From a candidate division WOR-3 bacterium (lineage in GTDB: Bacteria; Hydrothermota; Hydrothermia; JBDRYB01), in NCBI GenBank assembly GCA_039803205.1, contig JBDRYB010000006.1, positions 32,001 to 96,000 on the forward strand: a stretch of 64,000 nucleotides of DNA. The letters run 5' to 3'. The position numbers and the translations under genes were made by a program. Under the pieces are notes generated by a model. The model worked only from the letters and a program-made list of their open reading frames with translations. It did not search any database and had not been told where the DNA came from. Positions 29,318-39,708 of the stretch are shown here, one piece after another. Each line of letters starts with the position of its first letter. Positions within the stretch are counted from its first letter, which is position 1.

Positions 29318-29735
29318 TCCCGAACTGACCATGAGTAATACGGCCGCGATTCAAAGGCTCCTGACGGATATGGCCAAGGAATCCCCGAGGTGCGTTCTTC
29401 TTTGTATTTATAGGGAAGGAAAAGAAACCCCATCTTCTTACATTACCACCGGTATACTCTCCGATCCGGTTCCATTCTCCTCGTTTATATGCAAGATTCT
29501 CAGTGCGGCTGAGGAGGTTATATCCGCGAGGCTCGGCAAAGCCGAACAAATAAAGCACCTAATGGTGGAAACCGAAAGGTTCACGATGATCTCGAGGAGG
29601 CTCTGGAAAAGCTACTATGTCCTCTTGGTGCTCAGGTCTCCGGTTGAGTGCCTCGGCATGCCCATAGAGTTGCTGGACAGGTGGGAAGGAACCCTGAGGG
29701 AGAATCTGGCAAATATAGCTGGAGGTCTAGACTAA
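29307..29735 (+). CDS. Second roadblock/LC7-like protein
   Basis: IKHLMVETERFTMISRRL...YYVLLVL...LG pattern typical of the fold (alternative start 29331). Confidence 0.5.
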   Translation: MNDDPELTMSNTAAIQRLLTDMAKESPRCVLLCIYREGKETPSSYITTGILSDPVPFSSFICKILSAAEEVISARLGKAEQIKHLMVETERFTMISRRLWKSYYVLLVLRSPVECLGMPIELLDRWEGTLRENLANIAGGLD

Positions 29736-29782
29736 GAGGGGCCGGAGCCCTTCGGGTTAGCTTTATAATTTATGCCTGTGAG

Positions 29783-30967
29783 ATGAGATTCGTTCATGTA
29801 GCGGATACCCATATTGGCGCTGGGGGCTCCAAGGAAAGGGCTGATGATTTCAGATCCGCGTTCCGCGAGATAATAGACAGAACCCTTGAGCTCTCAGCGA
29901 GGGCTTTTGTTCATGCGGGAGACCTCTTTGAAGGCTCCAAGCCATCCGTAAAGGACATAGTATTCGTTGCCAGTGAAATAAAGCGCCTGATCAACGAGGG
30001 TATAGAGGTCCTCCTACTGCACGGCAATCACGACAGGATAACCATAAAAGGAGAGGTGCCACCCCAGAGCATCCTTGAGCTTTTCGGCGCAAAGGTTTTT
30101 GGTTTCACAAGTGAAAGAAGATGCTATACGGTTGATGGGGTTGAGTTTTGGGGGATCCCATATATGGACCATAGTAATAGGTTCATTGAGTTCCTCTCTG
30201 AGATAGGGAGCCAAGCAAAAAGCCCAGCCGTCTTGGTTCTTCACCAGTTTTTCTGTCCCCCGACTTCCTTTGGTAATCCAATCTTATATGCGGATGACAT
30301 ACCGGAGGTCTTCTCATATGTCGCTCTTGGCCACTGGCACCTACCTTGGAAAAGGGAAGGTTTTCGCTATGCCTATCCTGGTGCACCAGAACCAACAGAG
30401 CTTTCAAGCGATCAGGCAATTGAAAAGAGAGGCTTTTGGCTCGTTGATATTACCGAACAGGGGGTAAAACTGGAGTTTCAACCCCTCTCGTGCACGAGGC
30501 CTTTTTTCTATCTTGAGTCCAATTCCAATAAAGATAAGCTAAAAGAACATCTTGTGAACCTCAGGGATAAGATCAAATCCTCTGCCAAAAGGCCCATGCT
30601 CAAGATCAAGCTGACTGTGGGGCCTGATACGAATGCCGATCAGCTTATAGAAGATGCGATATACGAATCGGGGTTAAATCTGGACGACATCATCCTGCTG
30701 AGCCCTAATATTGATAGAGCAATACCATCCCCGTTTGCGGATGAAATCAGCGAGGAATACAAGGCGGAAGACATCATCACGAAGTTTTTTGGAGATGACC
30801 CACAACAACTTGAGCTCGTTCTCGCTATGAGGGACGCCATAAGACAAACCGAGGCTGAGCGGGAATCGTCAGGAACACAGGCAACGAGGGATAGACAAGC
30901 CCTCATTGAAGCCGCAAAGGACGCCGCTCAGAGATTCCTCAAGGAGAAACAAAATGCGCCTTATTAG
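29783..30967 (+). CDS. mre11: Mre11/SbcD DNA repair nuclease
   Basis: HVADTHIG, HAGDLF, GNHD, LHQ, ALGHWH, YPGAPE. Start revised to ATG 29783. Confidence 0.9.
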   Translation: MRFVHVADTHIGAGGSKERADDFRSAFREIIDRTLELSARAFVHAGDLFEGSKPSVKDIVFVASEIKRLINEGIEVLLLHGNHDRITIKGEVPPQSILELFGAKVFGFTSERRCYTVDGVEFWGIPYMDHSNRFIEFLSEIGSQAKSPAVLVLHQFFCPPTSFGNPILYADDIPEVFSYVALGHWHLPWKREGFRYAYPGAPEPTELSSDQAIEKRGFWLVDITEQGVKLEFQPLSCTRPFFYLESNSNKDKLKEHLVNLRDKIKSSAKRPMLKIKLTVGPDTNADQLIEDAIYESGLNLDDIILLSPNIDRAIPSPFADEISEEYKAEDIITKFFGDDPQQLELVLAMRDAIRQTEAERESSGTQATRDRQALIEAAKDAAQRFLKEKQNAPY

Positions 30968-33608
30968 CTTGCGCCTCAGAAACTTTCTGAGCCACGAGGA
31001 TACCTATGTTGAGTTTCCCGAGACAGGGATAACCCTCATCTCCGGCGAAAACGCAACGGGGAAGAGCTCCCTCTTTGATGCCTTCCGTTTCGCGCTCTTT
31101 AGTAGGAAGGCTTTCCCAAGGCCGAGAGACCTTATTTCAAAGGGAGCAAAGAGTTTCTCGGTTGAGGCTAAATTCAAACACAAGAACTCCACCTACACCA
31201 TTATAAGGGAGTATACGGTGGCAGGAGATACTCTGAGACCAACAAGGGCTGAGATCAGGGTTGACGGAAGGCTGGCCGCGGAAGGGGTTAACCCCGTTGA
31301 CTCTTTCATCATCCGTGAAATAGGCTTGAATCACGAGATGTTCAAGTATTCAGTAATGGCTGTTCAGAACGAGATAAGTGGGGTTCTGGGGCTTTCCTCC
31401 CAGGAAAGGAAGGCAGTTTTTGAGAGGATGTTCGGGTATCAGCATCTTATCCTCATTGCTGAGGCTGTCAGGTCTCTTGCGGAATCCGATAGGGATTTGA
31501 TTAATGGGCTCCTGGGTTCAAAAGGATACAAGAGCAAAGCGGGGCTTGAGCACGATATATCGCAGAAAAATGCCTCTCTCAGCGAGCAGAAAAGCGCTCT
31601 TTCCGCGCTGATCTTGGAGAAGGAGGCCCTCAAAACCGAAGAAAGAAGGCTGTCAGAAAAAGGGAGGGCCATAGAGGAAGAGGACAAGGCCCTAAAGGAA
31701 GCCGAGATAGAAAAAGCCGCTATTCTGAGCGAGATAAGGGTGAGGGAGGAGGAGATAACCAGCCTGGAGAGGTGGTGTCAGGAAAGCAGAAGAAAGATAT
31801 CCGAATTACCGGAGCTAAAGGAATCGCTTGCCCAATTGGAAGGCCCACTTGCCGAGCTTTCCGCGCTTAGAGAGGAGGAAGACTTGGTGGAGATATACGA
31901 GAAAAGGGGTTCCGAGGCCTCGGCGCTTGAGAAGAGGCTTGAGGAAATAAATGGATACGAGAAGGAACTCGCGAGGCTTTTCCCGATTCACGAGGAGTTT
32001 CTGAGACTTCATGAGGAGGAAAGGAGGGCTCAGGAAGAGCTCGTGGGGTTCAAGGAGGCGTTTGGAAAGGCCACTGAGCTCACAGAGAGACTTAACTGGG
32101 CCAGGAGAAAGAGAGAGCTTGCGGAACAAAAACTTCAGGAGTTTTCCGGCATAGCTGAGACAAAGGGCGATCTCCTGGCTAGGATAGAGGCGAACGAATC
32201 CGAGCTCAGAAAAACCGAGGCGGAGCGCGGCGCGGCCGAGGAAAGGGCTAAAAAGGCCCAGAAGGACATTTCCGAGGTTCAGACCCTTGGGGAAATATGC
32301 CCTCTCTGCAAACAGACGCTCAGCCAGGAACACAAGGCTCGCGTTCTCGGGATATTGGAGAAGGAGTTCAGAGAGGCAAGCGGGCTCGTTGATAACCTGG
32401 CGGCAAAACTGGAGGCGCTCAAGAAGGAAATTGAAGAATTGAAGAGAATGGTCCAGAAAGCGGAGCAGAAGGAGCGCTTGAGCGAGGAGCTTCTGGGCCT
32501 TCTCGCCGAGGAAAAGGAGCTGAGGGAACGGCTTGAGGCGCTTTCCGGCGTAAAGGAGAAGCACGAGGCTCTCGTATCAAAACTGTCTGAGCTCCGCGGG
32601 AAAATACAGGAGCTTGAGCCGGATGAGAATGCTTTCGTGGCCGCTGAGGATTTTATCCGGAGGAACCCCAAGGGGGAACTTGAGCTCAAGCTGAGCGATA
32701 TCAGAAAAGAAATGGAGGCGCTCAGGGCCAAAAGGCGATTCCCGGACATGGGCCTGGATGAGATAAAAAAGAGGATAAATGACCTTCTCCCATCAGAGAA
32801 GACAGCGATAAAAATATCTTCGGCTATAGAAACCCTGGAGGCCCTCGCGATTGAATTGGTAAACCGGGAATCAACCCTCGGGTCAAAAAGATCCGAGCTT
32901 GCAGAGAGTAGGGCAAGACTTGACAGACTCAGAGGCATTGAGGAGAAAAGGGCGGAACTGGAGAAGAGAAAAAGGGCTCACTCGGAGGCCCTTGAACTTC
33001 TACGGAATAAGCAGGAAGAGCTGAACGAGCGAGAGAACGACTTGAGCAAGGCTGTGGCATTCGCGGAACAAGAGCTGCGTAATCTATCGGATATACACGC
33101 TACAATTGAGCAGTCCGAGAAAAGGATCGGCCTGTTCTCAAGGATAAGGGAGAAACTGGAGTCGCCTCAGGGAATAGAGGGAGAATTCAAACTCTCCATG
33201 CGCAGGCTTGAGGACAACCTGAACGCTTATTTTCGGGACTTTTCATTCTCCGGCCTCCACAAGGTTCGTCTGAACGAGAATTTTGAGCCGGTCAAAATAG
33301 ATGAGATGGGGAGGGAGATGGCGAGGCTCTCGGGAGGGGAACAGGTTGCTCTGGACATAGCCATGAGGTTCTCAATAGCAAGGACGCTTCTTGGCACAGA
33401 GAGTGAATCCCTTTTCCTTGACGAGCCAACCCACAACCTTGACCAGGAAAGGATGTCATCCCTACGACAACTCCTCATGCAATTCAGAACCCACCCCATC
33501 TCGCCCCAATTGATAATAATAACCCACGAAGAGGACATGAAAGCGGTAGCTGACACCACAATTGAGGTGATAAAGGAGGGGGGGTTTTCAAGGGTGATAT
33601 TAGAGTGA
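30954..33608 (+). CDS. rad50: Rad50/SbcC SMC-family ATPase
   Basis: GENATGKSS Walker A, CPLC zinc hook in the coiled coil, LSGGEQ signature, FLDEPTHNLD, IITH; AAGGAG RBS. Confidence 0.92.
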   Translation: MRLISLRLRNFLSHEDTYVEFPETGITLISGENATGKSSLFDAFRFALFSRKAFPRPRDLISKGAKSFSVEAKFKHKNSTYTIIREYTVAGDTLRPTRAEIRVDGRLAAEGVNPVDSFIIREIGLNHEMFKYSVMAVQNEISGVLGLSSQERKAVFERMFGYQHLILIAEAVRSLAESDRDLINGLLGSKGYKSKAGLEHDISQKNASLSEQKSALSALILEKEALKTEERRLSEKGRAIEEEDKALKEAEIEKAAILSEIRVREEEITSLERWCQESRRKISELPELKESLAQLEGPLAELSALREEEDLVEIYEKRGSEASALEKRLEEINGYEKELARLFPIHEEFLRLHEEERRAQEELVGFKEAFGKATELTERLNWARRKRELAEQKLQEFSGIAETKGDLLARIEANESELRKTEAERGAAEERAKKAQKDISEVQTLGEICPLCKQTLSQEHKARVLGILEKEFREASGLVDNLAAKLEALKKEIEELKRMVQKAEQKERLSEELLGLLAEEKELRERLEALSGVKEKHEALVSKLSELRGKIQELEPDENAFVAAEDFIRRNPKGELELKLSDIRKEMEALRAKRRFPDMGLDEIKKRINDLLPSEKTAIKISSAIETLEALAIELVNRESTLGSKRSELAESRARLDRLRGIEEKRAELEKRKRAHSEALELLRNKQEELNERENDLSKAVAFAEQELRNLSDIHATIEQSEKRIGLFSRIREKLESPQGIEGEFKLSMRRLEDNLNAYFRDFSFSGLHKVRLNENFEPVKIDEMGREMARLSGGEQVALDIAMRFSIARTLLGTESESLFLDEPTHNLDQERMSSLRQLLMQFRTHPISPQLIIITHEEDMKAVADTTIEVIKEGGFSRVILE

Positions 33609-34745
33609 ACCGATAGCGGACGCGAACGCGTCTCTCATTCTCCTAGCGTAGAGCTCAGGCCCAAACACCTCTTTTGCCCTTCGGATTCCCTTTTGACCGA
33701 GCTCGCGCCTGAGGGCCTCATCCTTGATCAGCCGGATCATGGCATCCGCCATAGCCTCAGTATCAAACGGGGGGATGAGAATCCCAGCATCCCCAAGAGC
33801 CTCCTTTGCCCCACCTGTGTCGCTTGATATAACCGGAACCCCCAAGGCCATACCCTCCAGAACGCTGAATGGGAGACTCTCCCTTGCTCCCCCTCTTGGG
33901 ACACTGGGATTGAGGACCAAAAGGGCTTTTGAGGCCCAAGACATCGCCTCTTCCCAGGAAAGCATACCGAGAAAAACAACCCTCTTGAGATCGCGCTCCT
34001 TGATGAGGTTCCTGAGAGAAGGCTCCTCGGGCCCAGAACCCGCGATATACAGAAAAACTTCAGGAAGCTCTCTCTCAACCCTCTCCCACGCCGATATAGC
34101 GAGATCGACCCCCTTCTCAGGCGTCAGCCTTGCGGAGACAAAGATATACGGGCCGGTCCGGGGCACATCGGGTAGCTCGGGAACTATAATTGGGTTATGG
34201 ACAACCCTCACACGAGAGACATCAATGCCGAGAGCCGCGATCCTATCACGCAGGTTATGTGATACAGCGCAGGTCACGGGCGCCTCCCTGATGCTTTTTC
34301 TGAGCAGGTGATCTGAGAAGATGACGAGGGGATGATCCGGTGGGATCCCCTCAGCCCTGATGAGCTCAGAGTCTACACTGTGAAGGTGAAGGACCCAAGG
34401 AACGCGCTCGGCTCTCAGGAAATCCAAGATGAGGCCCGCGGCCAGGCTTCCCTGGATGTGAAGGACATCGGGATTGTGGAAGCGGCTCAGCCTCCTGGTT
34501 ATGCCAGCCAAGGCCGGGCCCGTGAGCCTCCTGCGCATGTCTATTTCGTATGGGGTTCCTGCAAACCAGGAGAGGGCTTTGACTATGGCGCGGAGAGGCC
34601 TTCTTGGCTCCCTGTGATTTAGCCAGTGATCCGGAATCACATATTGAATTCCCTCGGCCTCAAGCGCCTTTCTGGTTATTTCGAGGAATGTCCATACCCC
34701 TGTTACCCAGTCCTTCTTTGCAAGCGTAATCGCTAGAACCTTCAT
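33600..34745 (-). CDS. Glycosyltransferase family 4
   Basis: ARLTPEKG, ESLPFSVLEGMALGVPVI. ATG overlaps the upstream stop. Confidence 0.9.
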   Translation of the reverse strand: MKVLAITLAKKDWVTGVWTFLEITRKALEAEGIQYVIPDHWLNHREPRRPLRAIVKALSWFAGTPYEIDMRRRLTGPALAGITRRLSRFHNPDVLHIQGSLAAGLILDFLRAERVPWVLHLHSVDSELIRAEGIPPDHPLVIFSDHLLRKSIREAPVTCAVSHNLRDRIAALGIDVSRVRVVHNPIIVPELPDVPRTGPYIFVSARLTPEKGVDLAISAWERVERELPEVFLYIAGSGPEEPSLRNLIKERDLKRVVFLGMLSWEEAMSWASKALLVLNPSVPRGGARESLPFSVLEGMALGVPVISSDTGGAKEALGDAGILIPPFDTEAMADAMIRLIKDEALRRELGQKGIRRAKEVFGPELYARRMRDAFASAIGSL

Positions 34746-36076
34746 CTCATCCTCCTCCACATGAAAAGGAGCATTACGATGGTATTCACGGTTATGGTTA
34801 TGGTGGTAGCTGAGGCGAGGCCAGCTATGCCAAACGGCTTTATGAGGAGCCAGTTCAGGGAAACGCTCAGGAACGCGGCAATCAAATTCATCAAGAGGGG
34901 AATCCTGAATTCCTTCATCCCCCTGAAGGTGGCAAGGGCTATGTGAGAGCCAAACAAGGGAAACAGTGCAAATCCATAGCAGGAAAGCGCTTTAGATGTG
35001 GCATCTGTTGCCAAGGCTCCGAACGCTCCTCGCTGGAAAACAGCCATTACTATGGGCTTTGAAAAGAGCACGACAAACAGGCTTGTTGGAATGAGGGCGA
35101 GCGCGCCCAGGCCGATAAGCCTCAATGTAAATCGCCTGAGGCCGCGGATCTCGCCTTTTGATGCCATTTCAGATGCCTTCGTGAGGTGAACTGTGGTCAG
35201 AGCAGTCATTATAACCAAGGGTATCTCAAAGAGCTTCCAGGCGTATCCAAGAGCGGCTATTGAACCTTCGGGCAAAGATGAGGCAAAAGCCCTGTTTATC
35301 GTTATGTATATCTGATCAATCACATAGCCCAAAAGAAGAGGAGAAGATAGGGCAAGGAACTCCTTTGTCTCCGGGCCTCTCATTTTTCCAAAAATTGATG
35401 CCTTTCGCAGGATCGGAAACAAGAGCGCGGCCGCGGCAGCGAGATAACCGACGCTCCAGCCTATTCCAAGGGAATATATTCCAGCCAAGGGCGCGAGAAA
35501 CATCAGGCCAATCACTCCCGCGTTCAGTATTATCCCGGATAACTGCGGAAGCCCAAAGTTCCTCCTCGCGTTGTAGTATGCCGAAGCCAGATGGGTGAAG
35601 ATTATGCCTATTGTCGTGGGAAGCATGAGGTATACGAGCTTAGCTCCTATCCACCGAGTATCCGAGGAAAACATTGGCCCCACAGCGCGCACGAAAAGCG
35701 GAGCCAGGCACCCCAAAACCGCCGAAAGGCCGAGGCTCGCTATAAGAGCCAATGTCCCGAATGAGCCGAATAGCCTGGATTGCGCCTCATCCCCCTCCTT
35801 GAGGCCCTTATCAACGAGCATAGGGGTTGCCACCACCAGGAACGGGGTTGCCAGAAGTATGGCCGTGAGATGGTAAATGGTCTGAGCGGCAACAAAAGCG
35901 TCAACCCCAGCTGTTGCCCCGAAGAAGAAGGCAACGAGGATCTCCCTGAGAAAACCCATGGCCTTTGAGGTGAACGAGAGGGCTGTGACGACAATAAAGC
36001 CCCGCTTTCCGGATTGTCCCTCGGAAAACGCTCCCCTGAGATACCACCCTACGCTCCTCATCTCAGATAGCTCCAA
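34742..36076 (-). CDS. MurJ/MviN-like MOP flippase
   Basis: GFLREILVAFFFG...VDAFVAA, LGYAWKLFEIP, FQRGAF, GLASAT. Sits between two GT4 genes. Confidence 0.85.
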   Translation of the reverse strand: MELSEMRSVGWYLRGAFSEGQSGKRGFIVVTALSFTSKAMGFLREILVAFFFGATAGVDAFVAAQTIYHLTAILLATPFLVVATPMLVDKGLKEGDEAQSRLFGSFGTLALIASLGLSAVLGCLAPLFVRAVGPMFSSDTRWIGAKLVYLMLPTTIGIIFTHLASAYYNARRNFGLPQLSGIILNAGVIGLMFLAPLAGIYSLGIGWSVGYLAAAAALLFPILRKASIFGKMRGPETKEFLALSSPLLLGYVIDQIYITINRAFASSLPEGSIAALGYAWKLFEIPLVIMTALTTVHLTKASEMASKGEIRGLRRFTLRLIGLGALALIPTSLFVVLFSKPIVMAVFQRGAFGALATDATSKALSCYGFALFPLFGSHIALATFRGMKEFRIPLLMNLIAAFLSVSLNWLLIKPFGIAGLASATTITITVNTIVMLLFMWRRMR

Positions 36077-37176
36077 GGCAAAACCCCGGTGGGTTTCCTC
36101 AGGGGGGCTGGCCTCTCTGGCAAGCGCTCGACCCGCTCAAGGAAGCGATCGAAGTCGCGTTCCCAGCAGGCCCTCTCTCTTACTATGGACCTGTTGACTT
36201 CTCTGGCTTTCTCCAAGAGCTCGGGCCTCCTGAAACACAACTCCAGCCTCTGAGCAAGCTCCTCAGGGCAATAGGGATTGAAAACCAATCCGTTCAATCC
36301 ATTAACCACCCACTCAGATTTTGCTGGGAGATCGGATACAACGGGAAATGCTCCCAGGGCCATCGCCTCGAGGAGGGAGACCGGGGTAGTGTCCGAGAGG
36401 GAGGCAGAGATGAATATGTGGGAGGCCGCGAGCCGATCGCAAAGCTCGTCTTCAGGAAGCCATCCCGTTACCTCTGCGGGTATGCCTCGCTGAGCTATCT
36501 CATTCCGGAGGGCTTTCTCCAGGGTCCCGCCCGAGGCAAACGCCATCGTGAACTCGTGGCCCCTACCCTTCAGCAACGATAAAGCCTCAATTATCACAAA
36601 GGGCGCGTAAATGGGCTCAAGCTTGCGGTGGCTTATTATCCTCCAAGGAGGGCCCGGCCTGAACTCCGGGAGGGGCCTTTCCAGGAGATCGCGCGGAAGC
36701 CCATAGGGCATGAAAAATATCTTTTCCGAGGGGACGCCGAAATCCTCCACGAGTATCCTGTCCGCAACCCTCGCGTCTGTCTGTATTAAGTGAGCCCTCC
36801 TAAAGACAAACCGGAGGATAGCCCTGTGTATAGGGCTCCTACGAGGGCTCACGAGGATGTCCGGGCCCCACAGGGAAACAACGAGCTTCTCTCTCTCCGC
36901 GATTAAAGCGGCCAGAAACCCATATCCGGTTGCCATGTGCGCGTTGATGAAATCCGGCCCGAAATCAGAGGAAAGGCCCTTGATCCTGTTTGTGGATGAA
37001 AGATACCTAAGAGGCCTGAAATTGATATTTGGGTTTATGTAGACGGTTATCCCTCTGAGCTCCTCCCTCGGCGGCTCAAGGCTCGCAAGAAGCACATCCA
37101 CCCCTCTTGTCCTGTATGCCCTGACCCACTTCAGGGTGTGAAAAGATGAGGCATCCGAAAGCAGGAGAACCCGCAC
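36058..37176 (-). CDS. Glycosyltransferase family 4
   Basis: HTLKWV, WGPDI, DTTPVSLLEAMALG. Confidence 0.88.
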   Translation of the reverse strand: MRVLLLSDASSFHTLKWVRAYRTRGVDVLLASLEPPREELRGITVYINPNINFRPLRYLSSTNRIKGLSSDFGPDFINAHMATGYGFLAALIAEREKLVVSLWGPDILVSPRRSPIHRAILRFVFRRAHLIQTDARVADRILVEDFGVPSEKIFFMPYGLPRDLLERPLPEFRPGPPWRIISHRKLEPIYAPFVIIEALSLLKGRGHEFTMAFASGGTLEKALRNEIAQRGIPAEVTGWLPEDELCDRLAASHIFISASLSDTTPVSLLEAMALGAFPVVSDLPAKSEWVVNGLNGLVFNPYCPEELAQRLELCFRRPELLEKAREVNRSIVRERACWERDFDRFLERVERLPERPAPLRKPTGVLPWSYLR

Positions 37177-37220
37177 TGGATAAAGTATAAACCAACCCGA
37201 GAACCCAGAGAAATAACCCG

Positions 37221-39656
37221 CTATGCCTTTATCCTCATCCGCCTCATCAGATCCCTGGTCCTTATTGTCTTTCTCTTGCCCGTGAAGGAGACCTCAATCG
37301 CGACCTCCCCCTTCCACCCCCCAAGCCCAAAGTGCAGAACCTGGGAGCTCTGGGATGTTGTTCCCTTCGCGAATTCAACCTGTCTCATCATTAAATCATC
37401 CCCGGCCACCAGCCTCACAACCGCCCCGCGAGGCAAGCCCTCTATTTCAATCCAGGAGTTGTCTTTATCTGTCTCGTTGACCAGGAAACGAAAGCCTGAG
37501 CCAGAGCCTATAGCAATATCTAGATCGCCGTCGTGGTCAAAATCCAAGACCGCGTTTCCCCAGCCGTTCAGGACGCGCGCGCCCGCGAGATATGTTACAT
37601 CCTGGAAACGGGCCTCGCCCGTCTCAGAGAGCATGTTCTGGTAGAGATAGCTCCTCTCCTTCTCGTAGACAGAGGTGATAAACAGGTCAAGGTCCCCGTC
37701 GTTGTCAAAATCCCCCCACAGCGGCTCTGAGTGGCACTCATCGTAGGTTATCCCGGATTCCTGTCGGAGGTCCTGGAAGGGCGCGTCCCGGTTCCCTGTT
37801 GCCTGATAGAGGACGGTTTTCTCGGAGAAATCTATGTATCTCGGATGAGCGAGGTTGCAGACGATAAGGTCAAAATCCCCATCGTTGTCGTAATCAGCCC
37901 AGGAGGCCCCTATTGAATGGCCGAACCAATCCCTCGTGTCCCTTCCGGCTACTCCATAACGAAAAGCCGAATCTGTCAAAAACCCTCCCTGGTTTATGTA
38001 AAGGAAATTTCTCTGGAGCCTATAGTTGGTCACATAGAGGTCCATATCCCCGTCCAGATCAAAATCACAAGGCGCAACCCCCCTTCCGCAGAGGGTCTCT
38101 GGGCCTATATCGGTTGGCGTGTATTTCCCTTTCTCGTTGAGGTAAAGGAGATCCGGGGTCCCCTTCCCAAGTCCTCCTGACTCGTAGTTAGCCAGGTATA
38201 TCTCCGGCCAGCCATCCCCGTTCAGGTCAAAGGCTGATGCCCCTTCTGTTGGGAGGGTGTCAGAGAGGCCTGCGGCGGTTTCCGCGAACCGCTTTCCCTT
38301 CTCGTTTCTGAAGAGCCTCTTGGCCTTTCCAATGATGAGAATGTCATCCCAGCCGTCTTTATCATAATCAAGGAAAATCGCGCCCGATCCCCAGACACCC
38401 GATAGCCCAACCCTATCCGTTACCTCCCTGAACCCCTTGCCCTTCTGATTCTCAAACAATCTTCCCTGCAGAAGGACATCCTCCCATCCGTCTCTGTTGT
38501 AATCCCCAACAGCCACGCGGGAGGCTCTCAGATCCGCCGGAAAACCAAGCTGAACCGTCTTGTCTGAAAACTTGATTCCGGAGTAACCAAAGAGGCTCCT
38601 GGCTTCCGAAACCGGGTCAACAATACCCATCTCAGAAAGGGCAATCAGGGACTTCTCTGGCCATGTGTTTCTGGGAGAACCGAGAATAACCGATAGCAGA
38701 AAGTGCTCAGCCGCCTGGGATCGGTTGCCCCTTCCTCGCTCAAGGATGCCCATCGTGTAGTGATACATGGAGACGAGGCCGAGGTCGTTGTTCAAGGGGG
38801 GCAATTTAGCATCCCCCCAGAGCTCCTCATCCTGCGCGGCCGAGAGCATAGCATGATAGAACAAGGCCCTGAGCCTTTTTTCATCGGAGGACTCAAGGCC
38901 ATCGCCCTCAATGGGCCTCTCCTCAGCGAGGATGTAGGCCTGCTTTGCCCAGTCCGCGGCCTCATGCACATCAAGCCCGAAGCTCACGACCAGGCTCGCG
39001 GAGGTAAGGAGGAGCTCCGGGTCATCCGGCCTTCTCTTCGTCCACCTCCTGAGCTCAGCTATGGCGCCGGTTGTATCCCCAAGGCTCAGCATCGCCACGA
39101 TCTTTATCCGCAAAGGCCAGCTGAAGGCTGGACACCTCCAAATGCGTTCCTCAAGCGCCGCGATCCTCCTTATGCGTTCGGAGTCCGGAAGCACCAGCGC
39201 GTTGTTAGCGAGCTCCTTGACATACCTTACTGAGCCTGGGCAATTCGGGTCAAGGCTGATAAGCCTTAGGCCCGCCGAATCCGCTCGTGCCTGGTCATCC
39301 AAAAGCCAAGCGGCTTCAAGGGATAGCCTGAGGGCAAAGGTATCGTTCTGCCGGAAAAGCGAATCAGCTAGCCTAAGAAAGCGGGCTGAGTCAGTTTCAA
39401 GGAGCGAAACCATGTAATATCCCCACATCTCATCGTTCAGAAGATCGCGAAGATCGGAGAAAAGAGGGATCGCTTTGGAATATTCTCTCCATTTGTAATA
39501 GGTTATCGCCAGCTCCGCCTTTGCCCTGAGGGTATCCTCCCCAACATAGATCGCCCTTTTGAGCGCTCGCTCGGCTTCCGAGAACATGTGGCACCGGCGG
39601 AACAAAACCCCCTCTTCTATGTCCCCGCCCAAGAGAAGGAAGACAAGCATCATCAT
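37221..39656 (-). CDS. TPR plus FG-GAP/CRTAC1 (ASPIC-UnbV) protein
   Basis: Seven D(Y/F/L)xxDGxxD motifs; SQSSQVLHFGLG ASPIC motif; helical TPR-like N-terminal half. Confidence 0.85.
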   Translation of the reverse strand: MMMLVFLLLGGDIEEGVLFRRCHMFSEAERALKRAIYVGEDTLRAKAELAITYYKWREYSKAIPLFSDLRDLLNDEMWGYYMVSLLETDSARFLRLADSLFRQNDTFALRLSLEAAWLLDDQARADSAGLRLISLDPNCPGSVRYVKELANNALVLPDSERIRRIAALEERIWRCPAFSWPLRIKIVAMLSLGDTTGAIAELRRWTKRRPDDPELLLTSASLVVSFGLDVHEAADWAKQAYILAEERPIEGDGLESSDEKRLRALFYHAMLSAAQDEELWGDAKLPPLNNDLGLVSMYHYTMGILERGRGNRSQAAEHFLLSVILGSPRNTWPEKSLIALSEMGIVDPVSEARSLFGYSGIKFSDKTVQLGFPADLRASRVAVGDYNRDGWEDVLLQGRLFENQKGKGFREVTDRVGLSGVWGSGAIFLDYDKDGWDDILIIGKAKRLFRNEKGKRFAETAAGLSDTLPTEGASAFDLNGDGWPEIYLANYESGGLGKGTPDLLYLNEKGKYTPTDIGPETLCGRGVAPCDFDLDGDMDLYVTNYRLQRNFLYINQGGFLTDSAFRYGVAGRDTRDWFGHSIGASWADYDNDGDFDLIVCNLAHPRYIDFSEKTVLYQATGNRDAPFQDLRQESGITYDECHSEPLWGDFDNDGDLDLFITSVYEKERSYLYQNMLSETGEARFQDVTYLAGARVLNGWGNAVLDFDHDGDLDIAIGSGSGFRFLVNETDKDNSWIEIEGLPRGAVVRLVAGDDLMMRQVEFAKGTTSQSSQVLHFGLGGWKGEVAIEVSFTGKRKTIRTRDLMRRMRIKA

Positions 39657-39708
39657 GCCGAAACAAAGAAATCACGGAGGCGAAAAAGACGGATTCCCGC
39701 CCCCGGTA

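Noticed and set aside
29648..29782. N-terminal extension of mre11 given by the ORF track (similar cases at 30906, 28923, 58819, 63504, 27713, 11260)
   Set aside because: Overlaps upstream genes or promoters; family N-termini and RBS or -10 boxes support the later starts.
31815..32938. Long minus-strand ORFs inside rad50
   Set aside because: Leu/Ser/Phe-rich mirror of Glu/Lys-rich coiled-coil codons.
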